From Chiloscyllium plagiosum (Eukaryota), in the NCBI RefSeq assembly GCF_004010195.1, contig NC_057728.1, positions 50,730,782 to 50,794,781 of the forward strand: 64,000 nucleotides of DNA. Direction: 5' to 3'. Numbering within the stretch: position 1 is the stretch's first letter; every line of letters begins with the position of its first letter. Shown piece after piece: positions 1-14,900 of the stretch. Under the pieces are notes generated by a model. It worked only from the letters and a program-made list of their open reading frames with translations. It was not told the DNA's origin and did not search any database. A program made the position numbers and the translations under genes.

Positions 1-304
1 GCTACACCAACGTCAGTTTTTTCAATTAACCTGTATGGATATGCTATGACTCATCTCGAGAGCGAGTGGGTCTTGAACCTGGAGTGTCATGTTTTAATTA
101 TTGGAATGCTACCACCGAATTGTAACAGCCGTGTGCTGTAATTGCTTTGAATTGACCTGTTCTGATATCCCAGGGCAGGTGGCCCTTGACCCCAAACCCT
201 CCAGCCTAAAGGCAGTGGCACCACCATTGTACCGCAGAAATCCCTATGCCTATTGTATTATGGCAGGTGCAGTGTAATATCGGGATAATGGAGATTTTAA
301 CAAG

Positions 305-495
305 CTGAAGACAAGAAATTGCTGGAGAAACTCAGCAGGTCTGGCCATATTTGTGGACAGGAAGCAAAGTCAATGTTTCAGGTCTCTCCATAGGTACTGC
401 CAAAGTTTCTCTCTGTAGATGCTGCCAGACCTGCTAAGTTTCTCCAGCACATTCTGATTTTGTTTCAGACCTTCCGCAGTTCTGTGTTTGATTTT
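305..495. mobile_element. old palindromic PLE-derived short element
   Basis: tgctggagaaactcagcaggtctggc is mirrored by gccagacctgctaagtttctccagca. Related fragments occur near 11755, 23050, 24180 and 61895. Confidence 0.6.
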
Positions 496-947
496 AGCAA
501 GCCCCAATTGAACCTTAATTATTGATTTATATTTGGAGGGTGGGCTGTTGACTTCAACACCCACGTTATTATGGGGCTGAGCTTGTGACCGAGTGTTGTG
601 TGAGTGAGAACGTGGTGGGGTGAGAACCTGCTCTGTTTACAAGCCCTTTCCACCATCAAAAACACAACCAGCAAGGGCACGTAATATCTGTCCATAGCGA
701 GACTGTACTGAGTCAGTTAATGGACAGCCATCATCTGAATTAGACATTCGATTGAACCAGAAAGTGCCTGTTCCTAAACTGCTGAAGAGCAATTTATGGC
801 AATGTAAAAGAGGACTGTGAGACCAGCAAAGTGACTCCTGCACTGAGCCAGTAAGGGAACAATGGGCTGAAGAGTCCCTTTTCTTGCTGTAATCACTCCA
901 TGATATATTTACTGACTGAGAAATATTTGGAATTTTCACACATTCAG

Positions 948-1122
948 GTCAGTTCCTGTTTGGAGAAAAGACAATTGTAGACAAGTTAAAGAGAAGCCAG
1001 GATCAGCCTGAGAGCCTGTACCTGAATCAATGTACCCAACAGTTGGTAACAGCTGATGATGAGGAGGAGCACCACTTCCAAACCATGATGGAGAACCTGG
1101 GAGCAAGGAGCCTCTTTAAAGA
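948..1122 (+). CDS. CRACR2A: CRACR2A-like coding exon A (xQFLFGEK...[12 protein letters not shown])
   Basis: Acceptor ttcag at 943-947, donor GA|gtgagt, open frame, phase 1 to 2. Resembles the region just after the EF-hands. Confidence 0.88.
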
Positions 1123-2896
1123 GTGAGTGAAACATTGCATCACACAAGCAGATATTTGTGGCTGTGTTTTCCTGGGAGGATTTGACATTACACCTGCAAG
1201 CATGTTCAATGGATAATAGGGAAGGCAGGTGGAACATTGGCTTTTATTTCATGGTGAATGGAGTACACACGTAGGGAGATTTTTGCTAAAATTATTACAA
1301 GGCATTAGTCAGAATACACTTGGAATACGGTGGAAGTTTCAGTCTCTTTATCTAAGGAGAGATATATTGGCATTGGAGACGGTTCAGACAAAGTTCATTC
1401 CAGTTATAGAGGGATGTTCTTATGAGGTGAAGTTTGTAGTAGGTTGGGCTTGCACTCATCAGAGTCCAGAAGAATGACAAGAGACTTTATTGAAACACAC
1501 ACGATTCTTAACCGGTCTTAACCAGATAGATGCAGAAAGGATATTTCCCTTTGTGACAGAGACTTGGACCAGAAGGAATAATCTCAGAGTCATCCATTTA
1601 AGATAGAAATGAGGAGAAATTTATTCTGTCACAGGGGATTGAATCTAGGGAATTCTTTACTGCAGAGGGCTGTGAGGCGTTAAGTATGTAGCTAGACCCA
1701 TTTTTAATCAGGAAGCGAATCAAGGAAGGAGACTAGAGTTGAGGATTATCAGATCAGCTATGATCTCATTGAACAGCAAAGCAAACTTGATGGATTGAAT
1801 GGCTAATACTGCTCCTGTGTCTTATGGTCTAACAGAAATGCTCAACTCATTTAATTGAACAAAGTTGTTGATAACTGTTTGCCATTTATGTGGTTGGAAT
1901 ATATCTTTTAAAAAAGTATTTATTGAGTCAATTACAGGGAACATAGGGGCAGGAGGAGGCCATTCAGCCCATCAGGCCTGTTCCAACATTCAGTAAGATC
2001 ATAGCTAATATTGATGTGGTCTCATCTCCACCTCCCTGTCCTCCCCCAATAATTCTTTGTCTATTAAATATCTAATTCAGCCATGAATGGATGTAAAGAG
2101 CGAGCCTCCAGAAAATTCCATATTCTAAAGATCCTCTGACAGAAAAAAATTCTCAATCCTGTCTTAAATTGCGAACCCAGATTCTTGGTATTAATCTCAG
2201 CTACAAGAGGAAACATTGTACTGGTCCAGTTCCCTCAAGATCTTACATATTCCAGAAGGGAATCAAATGAATCTTTCCTGTACTGCTTCTAATGCCATTA
2301 TATTGTCTTTTAACTGATGACACCAAAACTGTATGCAGTAACTCTAGATGTGGTCTTACCAGGGTCCTGTACCACTACAATAAATCTTAAAAACTTAGCT
2401 TAAATCTATATTTTATTCCCTTTGTAAAAATCACCCATATTCCATTCTCACTTGTGCCCTTAAGCATTAGCTGTGGGTCAGAGGCTGTATCTCTTGTCCA
2501 GCTTTCAACTTTGTGATTTTTAAAAATTCCTGCCAACATCAACAAATTATATTTATAAAGCTGTGACTTAGTAAGACACCTCAAGGTACCTAACAGGAAT
2601 AACATCAGACAAAACGTAATGCTGAACTACAGGGGGAAGCAGACAAGAAGATTTTAAGGGTTGTCTTAACGGCGTTGTGAGAAGTAAAGAGTTAGAAAGG
2701 TTCAGAGAAGGTTAATTCCAAATTTTAGGATTCAGGCTGTTGAAGGCACTTCCTCTCCCCGGCCCACTCCATGAACAAAGAGAACGGAATTATGTTTCCC
2801 ACTTTCTTCTCCCTCTGTCATAATGTGAGTGTCTGTGTGTGCTCATGTGTGTGCGCGCATCTGTATGTGTACGTGCATGCGTACGTGCGTACATGC

Positions 2897-2930
<34 letters not shown>

Positions 2931-5900
2931 AAGAGTGTGTGTGTTAACAAAGGGACTGGAGTTTTGGATAGTAGTTTCCTAGAATCATACAGCTGTACAG
3001 CATGGGAAAAGATACTTCGGTCCAACCCGTCCATGCTGGCCAGATATTCTACATTAATCTAGTCCCATTTGCCTGTATTTGGCCCATATCCCTCTAAATA
3101 CTTCCTATTCATGTACCCATTCAGATACCTTTTAAATGTTGTAAGTGTATCAGTCTCCACCGCTTCCTTTGGCAGCTCATTCCAGACAGCCTCTGTGTTA
3201 AAAAGATGCCCCTCAGATCCCTTTTAAATCTTTCAGCTCTCATTATGCCCTCTAGTTATGGACTCCCTTACCCTGGGGCAAAGACATTGGCTATACACTC
3301 CATCCATGCCCCCCCATGATTTTACAAAGTTATATAAGGTCACTCCGCATCCTCCAATGCTCCAGGTAAAATAGTCCCAGCCTATTCAGCCTCTCCCTCT
3401 AGCTCAGGCCCTCCAACCCTGGCAACATCCTTGTAAATCTTTTCTCAGCCTCTTCAAGTTTCACAACATCTTTCCGATAGCAGTAATATAATATGCCAAT
3501 AGTTTATAACTATTTACCTGTAGCCAGAGTCTGATTACTTTTAATAAATAGTGATTCCTGTTCGGTACAGAAACCCAGTATGTATTTTTAATCAATTTGG
3601 TTTCAAAACACTTTTGTGTATTATTAAACATCTTTAACTTCAGTGGTGACTGCAGGAATAGTGAGGCTTGGTTTCCTATAAGCTATCTCAGTGAATCATG
3701 ACATTGGAATATGTTCGGACAACTCCTTAAACCGTCTGTCCGGTTTGGACGCAAGATATTTTTTATCATAATGTATACCCATTTAGATACAGGGATTGGT
3801 AAAGTAGAATTTTATGCAGGGGTAATGTACAATTTGTAGACTAGCCATGGCTTAGTTGGAATATTTTCACCTCTTAAAGATTTGAGGTCAAATCCTACTC
3901 TAGAATGTAAACATGAACATCAAGGCTGGCACTCCAGTGCAGTACTGATGGAGTGCTGTACTGTCAGAGGTGCTGATGAGATGTTCAATTGAGAATTCAA
4001 GGTGGCATTAGTTGGTTACTTAAATAGAAATATTGTGCAGAGTTACAGGGAGAGGATGGGAAAGTAGAATTAAATTATAGTGCTCTCAATCAACAACCTC
4101 GAGCATCAGAGGCTGAGGGGTGACCTTATAGAGGCTTATAAAATCACGAGGGGCATGGATAGGGTAAACAGACAAGGTCTTTTCCCTGGGTGGGGGAGTT
4201 CATAACTAGATATGGACTAGAGGGCATAGGTTTAGGGTGAGAGGGGAAAAGTATAAAAGGGACCTAAGGGGCAACTTGTTCATGTGGAGGGTGGTGCGTG
4301 TATGGAATGAGCTGCCAGAGGAAGTGGTGGAGGCTGGTACAACTGCAACATTTAAAAAGCATCTGGATGGCTATATGAATAGGAAGGATTTGGGGGATAT
4401 GGGTCAAGCGCTGGCAAATGGGACTAGATTAGGTTAGGATATCTGGTCAGCATGGACGAGTTGGACCGAAGGGTCTGTTTCTGTGCTGCCCATCTCTATG
4501 ACTCTCTGACTGATTATCTGGCCATTATCTCATTGCTGATGAAAAAGGAAGGTTATATTAAAGGAGGAAAGTAAGTCTTGAGGAGGAGATGTGTGTACTC
4601 AACTATTTATTCCTTCAGTGTGGTGACCAGAACTGCACACAGTTACTCCATGGTTCTTATGACCGCACCAAAGTTCAGTACAGCTCTAACATATTCCCAC
4701 AAGCCTGTCCAATTCAGACTGATGGTGAACTCAATGTATTGGGGGTTATAGTCGTGTCAGTGAAATAATGCAAAGTTGCAGATTGAAAATGTGACTTGCA
4801 ATCTGCCTTTATAAGCGCTGTGCACGTCAGAATGATCCAATTGTTTGAGTCTTGTTAAGAATGTTATGCTCATCAGGACAAATGCAAGAATCCCAAATCT
4901 TGAACAATTACAACAATTTTAAACTACTTTAAGATTCTCCCAGTGTTTTTATTTTCAGGCAGTACCCTATGTTGCTGAAAGAGGTCACTGAAGAAATGCT
5001 GTAGCCTCCAGGTAACAATTTCCAGTTCTCCTTAAACATCTCTCGGAGGAGAATGTGGTTGTAAATACTAGGAGGCAACCTGTCAGTTGCAATAAACTAA
5101 ATGAACATTGAGAAGCAAGGACAGCCAGTATCGATTTGTTACAGGCCATGCATGTTTAACAAATGACTTTAATTAAAAAATGACATCTGGAACACCAGGA
5201 ATGCCATTGATATGGAACCACAGAAAGGATACAGCACAGGAAAAGGCCCCTTGCCTTTTATGCCCATTCCAGCACTCTGCAACAGCAACACATCGGGTCT
5301 TACGACCCTGCTCTTTTCCTCTAGCTCTGTTTTCTGTTTTCTCTCTCCTCAGCTGCTCATCCAAATCCCTTTTGAAAGTCATCATCTTCAATCACATTCT
5401 CAGATAGTATACTCTAGATCCTAACCACTTGCTTGTAGGTTTAGATTAGGATTGATATAGGGCTGTGAGGAGAGAGCAGGAATTAGGATTGATCTGAGAT
5501 TGTTACAGGGTAATGGGAAGAGAATGAGGCAATTAGTTTGGAATTGATACAGGGCTATTGAGAGAGTGAGACAGTGGGATTAGTTTGGGTTTGATACTGG
5601 CTTTTGGTGAGAGGTGGTAGAGTGAGGCAGACGTTTTGAGTTGGATATGTTCTCTTTCAGTGCAATAGAAAATCCAAGTTCCTGTCTTCGAGCATCCTCT
5701 GAAACATCAGCTGATCAGTGGTATAAGTTGTTGGAGGGGACTTTGAGAGATAGGATTTGCATGCATTTAGAAAGGCAAGGACTGATTAGGGATAGTCAGC
5801 ATAGTTTTGTGTATGGGAAATTGTATCTAACAAACTTGATTCAGTTTTCTGAGGATGTAACCAAGAAGATTGATGCGGGCAGAGCAGTTGTTAACCGAGA

Positions 5901-8900
5901 CTTTAGTAAAGCTTTTGACACGGTTCTCTTGGTAGACTGATTAGTAAAATTAGATCACATGGGATTCAGGGAGAGCTCACCAATTGGATACAAAATTGGC
6001 CTGATGGTAGGAGACAGAGACTGGTTCAGTTAGTTCTTGGACAGTGTAATATAGAGGGTAATTTTATTTGTTTTAGGTATAATAAACTTTGGTCTTGTTT
6101 TGTTAACAAATAAAGTGGCAGCCTTTTGCAAATGTTCAGTGACTGACCACCAAATTAAATAACCTGCAAAAATAAACATTATGACTACCAAGCAAGTTTC
6201 ATGCTGGGATCTGACTTGCCCGGTGTGGCCATCAGCTGGGATCATAACACCTATCTCTTACCTTCTTTGTTCTTGTCTCTAAATAAAATCCTGTCTTCTG
6301 ACAAAAGCATAGCTTCAAATTCTAGCAGGCCAGTTCGTGGCATTGGAATTCAATTAATAAATCTGAAATCTACAAGTTAGCCTCAATAATTGTGATGTAG
6401 ATGTACCGGTGTTGGCCTGGGAGACGAAGGTTATAGTCCAACAGGTTTATTTGAAATCACAAACTTTAGGAGCACTGCCCCTTTATCTGGTGAAGAGAAG
6501 AGGGAACCCCCAGGCACAGAATTTATAATCAGAGAGATCAAAAGATCACACAAATAGTGTGAGTGGAGTGTCACTGGAATAATAAATCTTTGCTGGTGAT
6601 CAAGAGTGTCAGACTGTGTGAGAAAAGTCTAGATTAGAGTTGTGCTGGAAAAGCACAGCAGGTCAGGCAGCATCTGAGGGGCAGGTTTTCCTGCTCCTCA
6701 GATGCTGCCTGACCTGCTGTGCTTTTCCAGCACAACTCTAATCTAGGCTCTGATCTCTAGCATCTGCAGTCTTCACTTTTCCCTGTGTGAGTAAAGTATC
6801 AACAGTTGAATGACAAGTGAGAGGATACTCATAATCTGGTTAATAGAGGCAGAGAGATAATTACAAAATATTTAAAATAATGATGGTGCTGGAGACAAAA
6901 CAAATGACTGCAATAACATGCTAGGTATAAGAGTCGCATGCTGAGGATCTAATCTAGTAACAAGTATTCAAAAACTGTCCAAACTAATTAAGGTTAAGAG
7001 ATCATACCAAGTTATCAAGGTGATGATGTCAGAACAGGAGAGTAAGGAAGATTTTACAGAACAGTCTGGTGAGGTCACATGTAGCACAACATGAACCCAA
7101 GATCACGGTTGAGGCTGTCTTCATGGGTACGGAACTTGGCTATCAGTTTCTGCTCAGTGATTCTGTGTTAGAATCATAGAATCAGAGAATGCCTTCAGTG
7201 TGGAACAGGCCATTCAGCCCAACAGGTCCACACTGACCCACTGAAGAGTATCCCACCCAGACCTATTCCCCCACCCTATTACTCTACATTTCCCAAATCT
7301 AATCCACCTAACCTACACATCTCTGAACACTGTGGGCAATTTAGCATGGTCAATTCATCTAACCTGCACATCTTTGGTCTGTGGGAGGAAACCAGAGCAC
7401 CCGAAAGAAACCCATGCAGACACTGGGAGAATATGCAAACTCTACACAGACAGTCGCCTGAGGCTGGAATCGAACCTGGGTCCCTGGTGCTGTGAGGCAG
7501 CAGTGCTAACCACTGAGCCACTGTGTCTCATTGTTGTGTATCTCGAAGGACACCTTGGAGGATGCTTACCCAAAGATTGGAGGCTGAATGTCCTTGTCCG
7601 CTGAAGTGTTCCCCAACTGGGAGGAAGCTCGAGAAGTGCAGTGTCGTGAGGTTATCCATGGGCTTGCGGTGCCCGTCCTTGATGGAGATGCGTATATCCA
7701 AGAATGAGACTGATTCTGAAGAGTAGTCCATGGTAAGTCTGGTGGTGGGATCAAGCGTGTTGATATCATTGTGTGATCATTTCAGTGATTCCTCACCATG
7801 AATCCAGAGGTAGCAAATGTCATCAGGTGTATCGAGTGTATAACGTTGGTTGGAGGTCCTGTGCAGCAAAGAAGTCTTGCTTAAACTTGTGCAGGAAAAT
7901 GTTGGTGTATTGGGGTGCAAATTTGGTCCCCACTGCTGTTCCATCTCCATCAAGGACAGATATCTCAGTACCTCACTCTACCGCAAGCCCCCAGATAACC
8001 TCACGATGCTGCACTTTTCTAGCTAAACCCTAAACATGTTAAAGGAGCCATCCCCTGTGGATAAGTTCTGCGTATACATAGGATCTGCTCAGATGAGAGA
8101 GAGAATGCAATGGACACTAAAGGTGCTCTCATAAGAACGGGATACGATACTCGACTCATCGAACACCGGTACTGACGTGCCACAGTGAAAAACTGCAACG
8201 ACTTCCTCAGAAGACAGGATAGACTGATAGAGTACCCTTCATTGTCCAGTACTTCCCCGGAGCAGAGAAACTACACCATATTCTTTGCAGTCTTCAACAT
8301 GTCATTGATGACGATGAACATCTCGCCAAGATCATCCCTACGCCTCCACTTCTCACCTTCAAACAACTGCCAAACTTTAAACAGATCATCGTTCATGGCA
8401 AACCACCCAGTTTTCAGGACATCAACCACAACACCACACAACCCTGCCACAGCAACCTCTGTAAGACATGTCAGTTCATCCACATGGATATCACCGACAA
8501 CGTGGGAACACCACCCAGCACACACATAGCAGATACTTTTGTGACTTGGTCAATGTTGTTTCCCTTATGTGCTGCAGACAAGGATTCTCCAGTGCATGGT
8601 ATATTGGTAAGACCATGCAGACGCTATGTCAACGGATGAATGGACGCCACACAACAATTGCCAGACAGGGATGTTCTCTCCCAGTTGAGAAAAGCTTCAG
8701 CGATTGAGAGCATTCAGCTTCAAATCTTTGGGTAAGCATCTTCCAAGGCAGCCTTCAAGATACACAACAACACAGAATCGCTGAGCAGAAACTGATAGCT
8801 AAGTTCCATAACAATGAGGACAGCCTCAACCGTGATCTTGGGTTCATGTTGTGCTACATGTGACCTCACCAGACTGTTCTGTAAAATCTTCCTTACTCTC

Positions 8901-11900
8901 CTGTTCTGACATCATCACCTTGATAACTTGGTATGATCTCTTAACCTTAATTAGCTTGTACATTTTTCAATTATTTGTTATTTTGCTTAGACTTTCAGCA
9001 TGCAACTCTTATTCCTATCATGTTATTCCAATCATTTGACTTGTTCCGGCACCATCTTAATTTTTTGTAATTATCTCTTTGTCTCAATTAATCGGATTAT
9101 AGTCATCCGTTCGCTTGTTATCCAGCTGTTGACACTATACTCACACAGTCTGCCACTCTTGATCACCTGCAGAGACTTATTACTCGCACTCACACCATAT
9201 GTCTGACCTTTCTGATCTTTCTAGTTATAAATTCTGTGCCTGGGTTCTCTCTTCACCTGATGAAGGGGCAGCACTCCAAACTTTGCGATGCTGCAGTGCA
9301 GAGGGACGTGGCTGTCCTTATGCATTAAGCATAGAGGGTTGGTCTGCAGGTACAACAGCTAATTAGGAAGGCAAATGGAATTTTGTCCTTCATTGCTAAA
9401 GGGATTGAGTTTAAAAGCAGAGTGGTTATAATGCAGCTAGTGAAGCCACAGCCAGAGTACTGAGTGCAGTTTTGGTCTCCTTACTTGAGAAAGGATGTAG
9501 TGGCACTGGAGGGGGTGCAGAGGAAGTTCACTAGGTTGATTCCGGAGTTGAGGAGTTGGCTTATGAGGAGAGGCTGAGTAAACTGGGATTATATTCATTG
9601 GAATTTAGAAGAATGAGGGGGGTCTTATAGAAACGTATAAAATTATGAAGGGAATTGATAAGATAGAAGTAGAGAGGATGTTTCCACTGGCAGGTGAAAC
9701 TAGGACAAGAGGGCATACCCTTAAGATGAGAGGAAGCTGGTTTAGGACTGAATTGAGAAGGAACTTCTTCATCCAGAGGGTTGTAAATCTATGGAATTCC
9801 TTGCCCAGTGAAGTAGTTGATGCTACTTCAGTAAACGTTTTTAAAGCTAAGGTAGATACTTTTTTGAACAATAAAGGAATTAAGGGATAGGGTGAGAGGG
9901 CGGGTAAATGGATCTGAGTCCATGAAAAGATCAGCCATGATCTTATTGAATGGTGGAGCAGGCTCGAAGGGCCGGACGGCCTACTCCTGCTCCTAGTTCT
10001 TATGTTCTGACGTGTTCAAATAAACTTGTTGGACTGAAACGGGTGTCGAGTGACTTTCAATACTTGTCACCATCGCAACTGTCATCAAAATCTGATCTAC
10101 ACATGTCCTTTAGGGAAATAAACCTGCCATCCTAACCTGGTCTGGCCTACATGTAGCTCCAGACCTACGTCAATATGGCTGACTCTTAACTTCCCTGAAA
10201 GATAGCCAATGAGCCACTCAATTCAAGGGCAATTAGGGACAAGCAACAAATGCCTTTCATACCAACAACATCAAAATCTACTAAAAGACTTAAAAAACAG
10301 TGTGAGTACAAGATTCTTTTAATAAATTTAGATTTCAAAAATTGGTAATCTGGTTAGTGATCTAATAATCTTGCATCCTTGTTATCGATGTTGCAGCTGT
10401 AGCTTTTCTTTCAAAACACAGAGACACTTGGATGTAAAGTAGACAATTTTTTAGAGTGCCTAATATTTAATTCCAGTGACCACAGTGGAACCCAAACTAC
10501 CCTGTGTCATCAGTAACTGTTGGTTTTTCTATGTAAATATAATGGTATAACGTTGTATAAAATCAAATGCAATGCCTTCAGGTGGGAGCTGATTGATGGT
10601 CTGTGTCCCTTGACCCAATCATTCCCTGAGCTCTAACCTTGAGGAATCCTGAAAGTCTTGCACAGTCTCCCACCAGGTCTGCTCATGTGTAAATATCAAA
10701 TAAAATTCTGCATTTTTCAGCCAACAAGAAATCCGAAACTTATGGACACAACTGAGAAAGGATGAGCCACGTTTACTTAGTCATTTTGAAGAATTTCTGG
10801 AAAGAGTTTTTATTCAGATCCAAGAAGCCAACGAGGAAAAGGAAATGATGGAATTTGCTCTAAAAAGGTTTGTTTGATCCCTAACAATCTCCATCCCCCA
10901 ACTTACTTTGAATACACATGGAAAAGGGAAATGTATACGTTCATGCATGGTCTGAAATTTTCTTTCATGTTACCAGTTAAAACTACTCTGGCAATAAATG
11001 GTGCTATTTTATTCACAACACAGGGTTTTTTCAGTAGGGAAAATGAGATGGGAATCTATTGCAGGAGACAGAAACCCTGCTGGAAAATCTGAAACTGAGT
11101 GAGAAGGGGCTGGCTAATTGGGAGAAGTGATGTGTGGGATCTGTCCAGTTACATGCCTCTGAATTAACCTTTTTGTCTTTCCTATTTCGACACAACTAGC
11201 ACCCCTGGTACCTCCAGATGCCTGTTTCAACATTGCTGCCCTATTGCACCTGGCTCTGATTGTGACCCTTTGACTGACTGTGGATCTAATGTGTCAGTGT
11301 TAGCCCCTGAAGTTGATTCAGGAGCCCCCCCCACTTTAGAACTCTATTTTTCTGGTTGCTTGGATTTGGTTGTGTCTGGAAATGAGATTGATAAAGGTAG
11401 CAGGATTCTTGGAAGTCTTCATTCAAACTGGTGAGTAGGAACAATATACAGGACAACACTTTGCAAAAGATCTCTGAAGAGAACCATCAGCTCTTACCAT
11501 GTGATTTTACATCACTTCGCCTGATGACATAGATTACCTTATTTATATATTTGCATGAACCCTTTTTACCACAGGAGCTATGCCCCTCAGATGGTTCATC
11601 AATCCCTCCCCCCCGATCTATGCCCCACGCACTATTCCATCAGCCCAACCCTCTCTGATCTATGACCCTCAGATGATACAAGCTTCACAATTCTTTCTGT
11701 GTTAGGTAAGTGCAAGGTGGCTGACTATCCACTAAATCCCTTGCTGCTCGGGGTAAGGTGCTGGAGAAACTCAGCAGTTCTGGCACCACCTGTGGCGAGA
11801 GAAACAGAGCAAAGATTTCACGTGCTGCAGAAAAGTGTGGGAGGAAGAACAAATGGAAGAGATGGGAAAGCCGCCCAGGGAAAAATGAAAGAGGAGTGCC

Positions 11901-14900
11901 TTACATGATAGAGGAGACAAAACGAAAGGGGGCTGAAGAGTTTTTCCAGCCCTTACTGGTTTCATTTCAGCATCCACTCACTGGTCAGGGATCTGACAAC
12001 TCATAATCTCTGCTCCCCACTCTCATATTTCCAAACTAAAATGTGCATTCCACATACATGCAAGTGACTCTCACCTGCCTCATAATTACCTTCACTGGTT
12101 CCCTGTCACATTCCTGTGAAATTAGTAGTAGTTTGACTACTGGACCTGTGCCTTACAACATCTCATATTTCCAAACTAAAATGTGCATTCCACATGCATG
12201 CAAGTGACTCTCACCTGCCTCATAATTACCTTCACTGGTTCCCTGTCACACTCCTGTGAAATTAGTAGTAGTTTGACTACTGGACCTGTGCCTTACAACA
12301 CACTTCACATTCAACAACCAAATATATAAACAAATCAACGGCACCCCCATGGGCTCACCCATCTCTGGACTCATAGCAGAAGTGGTAATGCAAAGATTAG
12401 AACAAACAGTCATACCGCAAATTCAACCCAAACTCTGGGTCAGATATGTAGATGACACCTTTGTAATCATTAAAAACACAGAAATAGAGAACACACACCG
12501 GATCATCAACGCCACACTCGCAGGAATCCGATTCACTAGAGAGGAAGAAAAGGACAACCAACTCCCATTCCTAGACNNNNNNNNNNNNNNNNNNNNNNNN
12601 NNNNNNNNNNNNNNNNNNNNNNNNNNNNNNNNNNNNNNNNNNNNNNNNNNNNNNNNNNNNNNNNNNNNNNNNNNNNNNNNNNNNNNNNNNNNNNNNNNNN
12701 NNNNNNNNNNNNNNNNNNNNNNNNNNNNNNNNNNNNNNNNNNNNNNNNNNNNNNNNNNNNNNNNNNNNNNNNNNNNNNTAGCCACACACACAGATGACAA
12801 GCAACATGAATTCGACTGGGGCAACACTACTATTATAGGACAAGCCAAACAGAGAACAGCCAGGGAATTCCTAGAGGCATGGCACTCATCCACAGATTCA
12901 ATCAATAAGCACATCGACCTGGACCCAATATACCGACCACTGCAGCGGACAGCTGGAACTGACAACCGGAAGCGGCAGAGACAAACCACTATAAATGCCG
13001 GAGGAAAGATCACAGAAGCGCTTCACAGGAGGCTCCCAAGCCCTGAGGATGTCACCTAGACAGGGAACGAAACGTCTGCAACACAAATTCCCAGCTCGAC
13101 GAACAAAACCACAACAAGGGGTGTGAATTTTAGATTACATTCAATTGGCCATGATCTTATTCAAGGGGAGAGTAGATTCAAGGAGCTGACTGGTCTACCC
13201 CTGTTCTAATTTGTATGTCTATATGTTGGTAAAATGAAATCTTACTGAGGCATATATGATCCTGAGGGAAGGGGGTTTAACAGGATAGATGCTAAGAGGA
13301 TGTTCACGCTTCATGGAATCTAAAAATCGGGGGCGGGGAGGGGGAGAACTTTGGAATAAGGGGCAGCTATTTAAGACTCTCGTCCCTAGACCTGCAGCAT
13401 CCTACCTTCTGTCCTCGCACTTATGCCCGGTCGCTAATCACATGAAGACACTTCCAATGGTCCAACTCCCTAAACAACACATGACATCAATTCTCCTTTA
13501 TCGTCTGCCCCACCTCACTGCCCTCCATTGTTTTCCCATCTGCCCCTTCAGCTTCCTAACTGCTTCTTTGCCCCTGCTCCACCCCATGCTCCTAACTCTG
13601 CTCCATGTTTTCTCGCTGTCCCACAGAAACTTCCCTGAGCTGATGTGATCAGATTTCTCAGCCCTGACATTCAAAACTATAAGATGTGAAGTGTTTCTGT
13701 TCTTCCTATTTTCTATCGGGTTAATCTCTGTAGTCAGCTATCACCTTGTTGTACTGTGTCCTGCACTTACTAATCACAGCTAGATTGTGCAGTCCATTAT
13801 CTAAAAAACCTTAAGCAAGGTCAGAACAACCTTTCTTAACACGATAATCTACACAAACTCAACTCTCCTGCACTCCCCAGCATTTGACCAGAGTGTTCGG
13901 TAAGAGTTTTGAGGTTGAAACTAAGTTGTGAAAATTCCAATGGGAACTTTGACAAAGAGAATTGAGAAATGGAGTTTGAGAATTTTGTATAATTCGGACT
14001 TTCCGCTTGTTTGATATGTTTGATCCTTAGCTCACTGGATCTGACTGTGGGAATTCAGGAAAGTGGCCGGCTGTTCAACTTGAATTACACTTGTTTCATT
14101 TACAGCGCAGTTCAGAAATTATAACGCAGGTGAATTTATTGGTTATTTGCAGAAAAGCAGCAGAATACAGTGAAGAAATAAAACATCTTTATAATGAAAT
14201 GGAGCAACAAATAAAAAGTGAAGAAGATAAAATGTTTCAGAAAGTAAGAACTTTTTATTAAAAATCGTGAAGTTTGAATGATTTCAAATACAGATTTATA
14301 TATTAATTTCAAAAGGGTATTATAGACATTCTAATTGATTTTATACATGGGGCTTGTCTCTCTTTCATTTGTCCAGAATTCAGATTCGAGGTCACGATGC
14401 CAAGAACTGGAATATGTGCTGAGTGTTAAAGAGCAACAGCAGGAAGAACTTATTCAAAATCAAAACAGGGTAAACTGGGTGCACTTTCTAATGTGACTGC
14501 AGTACAGCCTTGCTTTGATATTATATCTCCTTGTTCCATAGATCCCCCACCATCGTACTAAACCTCCTCTCTGTTGTCTTCACTCAATCTTTTCTCACTA
14601 AACCCATTGGATGTTAGGAGAACAAGAGATGATCTCATCGGATTGTACAAGATCCTGCCAGTCAGGGTGGATGGGAGGGGTGTTAGAAAGCTTGACAGGG
14701 TAGATGTTGAGAGGATTGTAGGATAATTAGATTAGATACCCTACAGTATGGAAACAGGTCCTACGGCCCAACAAGTCCACACTGACTCCTCCAAACAGCA
14801 ACCCACCCAGATCCATTCCTCTATCTTACATTTACCTCTGATCAATGCATCTAACACTATTGGCAATTTAGCATGGCCAATTCACCTGACCTGCACATCT

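Larger units (their letters stand above)
6393..10070. mobile_element. Penelope-like element (Neptune-type) with inverted structure and nested insertions
   Basis: Minus-strand part 6393-7945 carries the 3' UTR and RT motif [12 protein letters not shown]. Plus-strand part 7945-9285 carries [10 protein letters not shown], the GIY-YIG motif [10 protein letters not shown] and the 3' UTR. The terminus resumes at about 10015 after a CR1 insertion. Confidence 0.8.

Noticed and set aside
12349..13086. Long ORFs with X runs (also 28561-29076)
   Set aside because: They span N gaps inside PLE copies, so frame continuity cannot be established.
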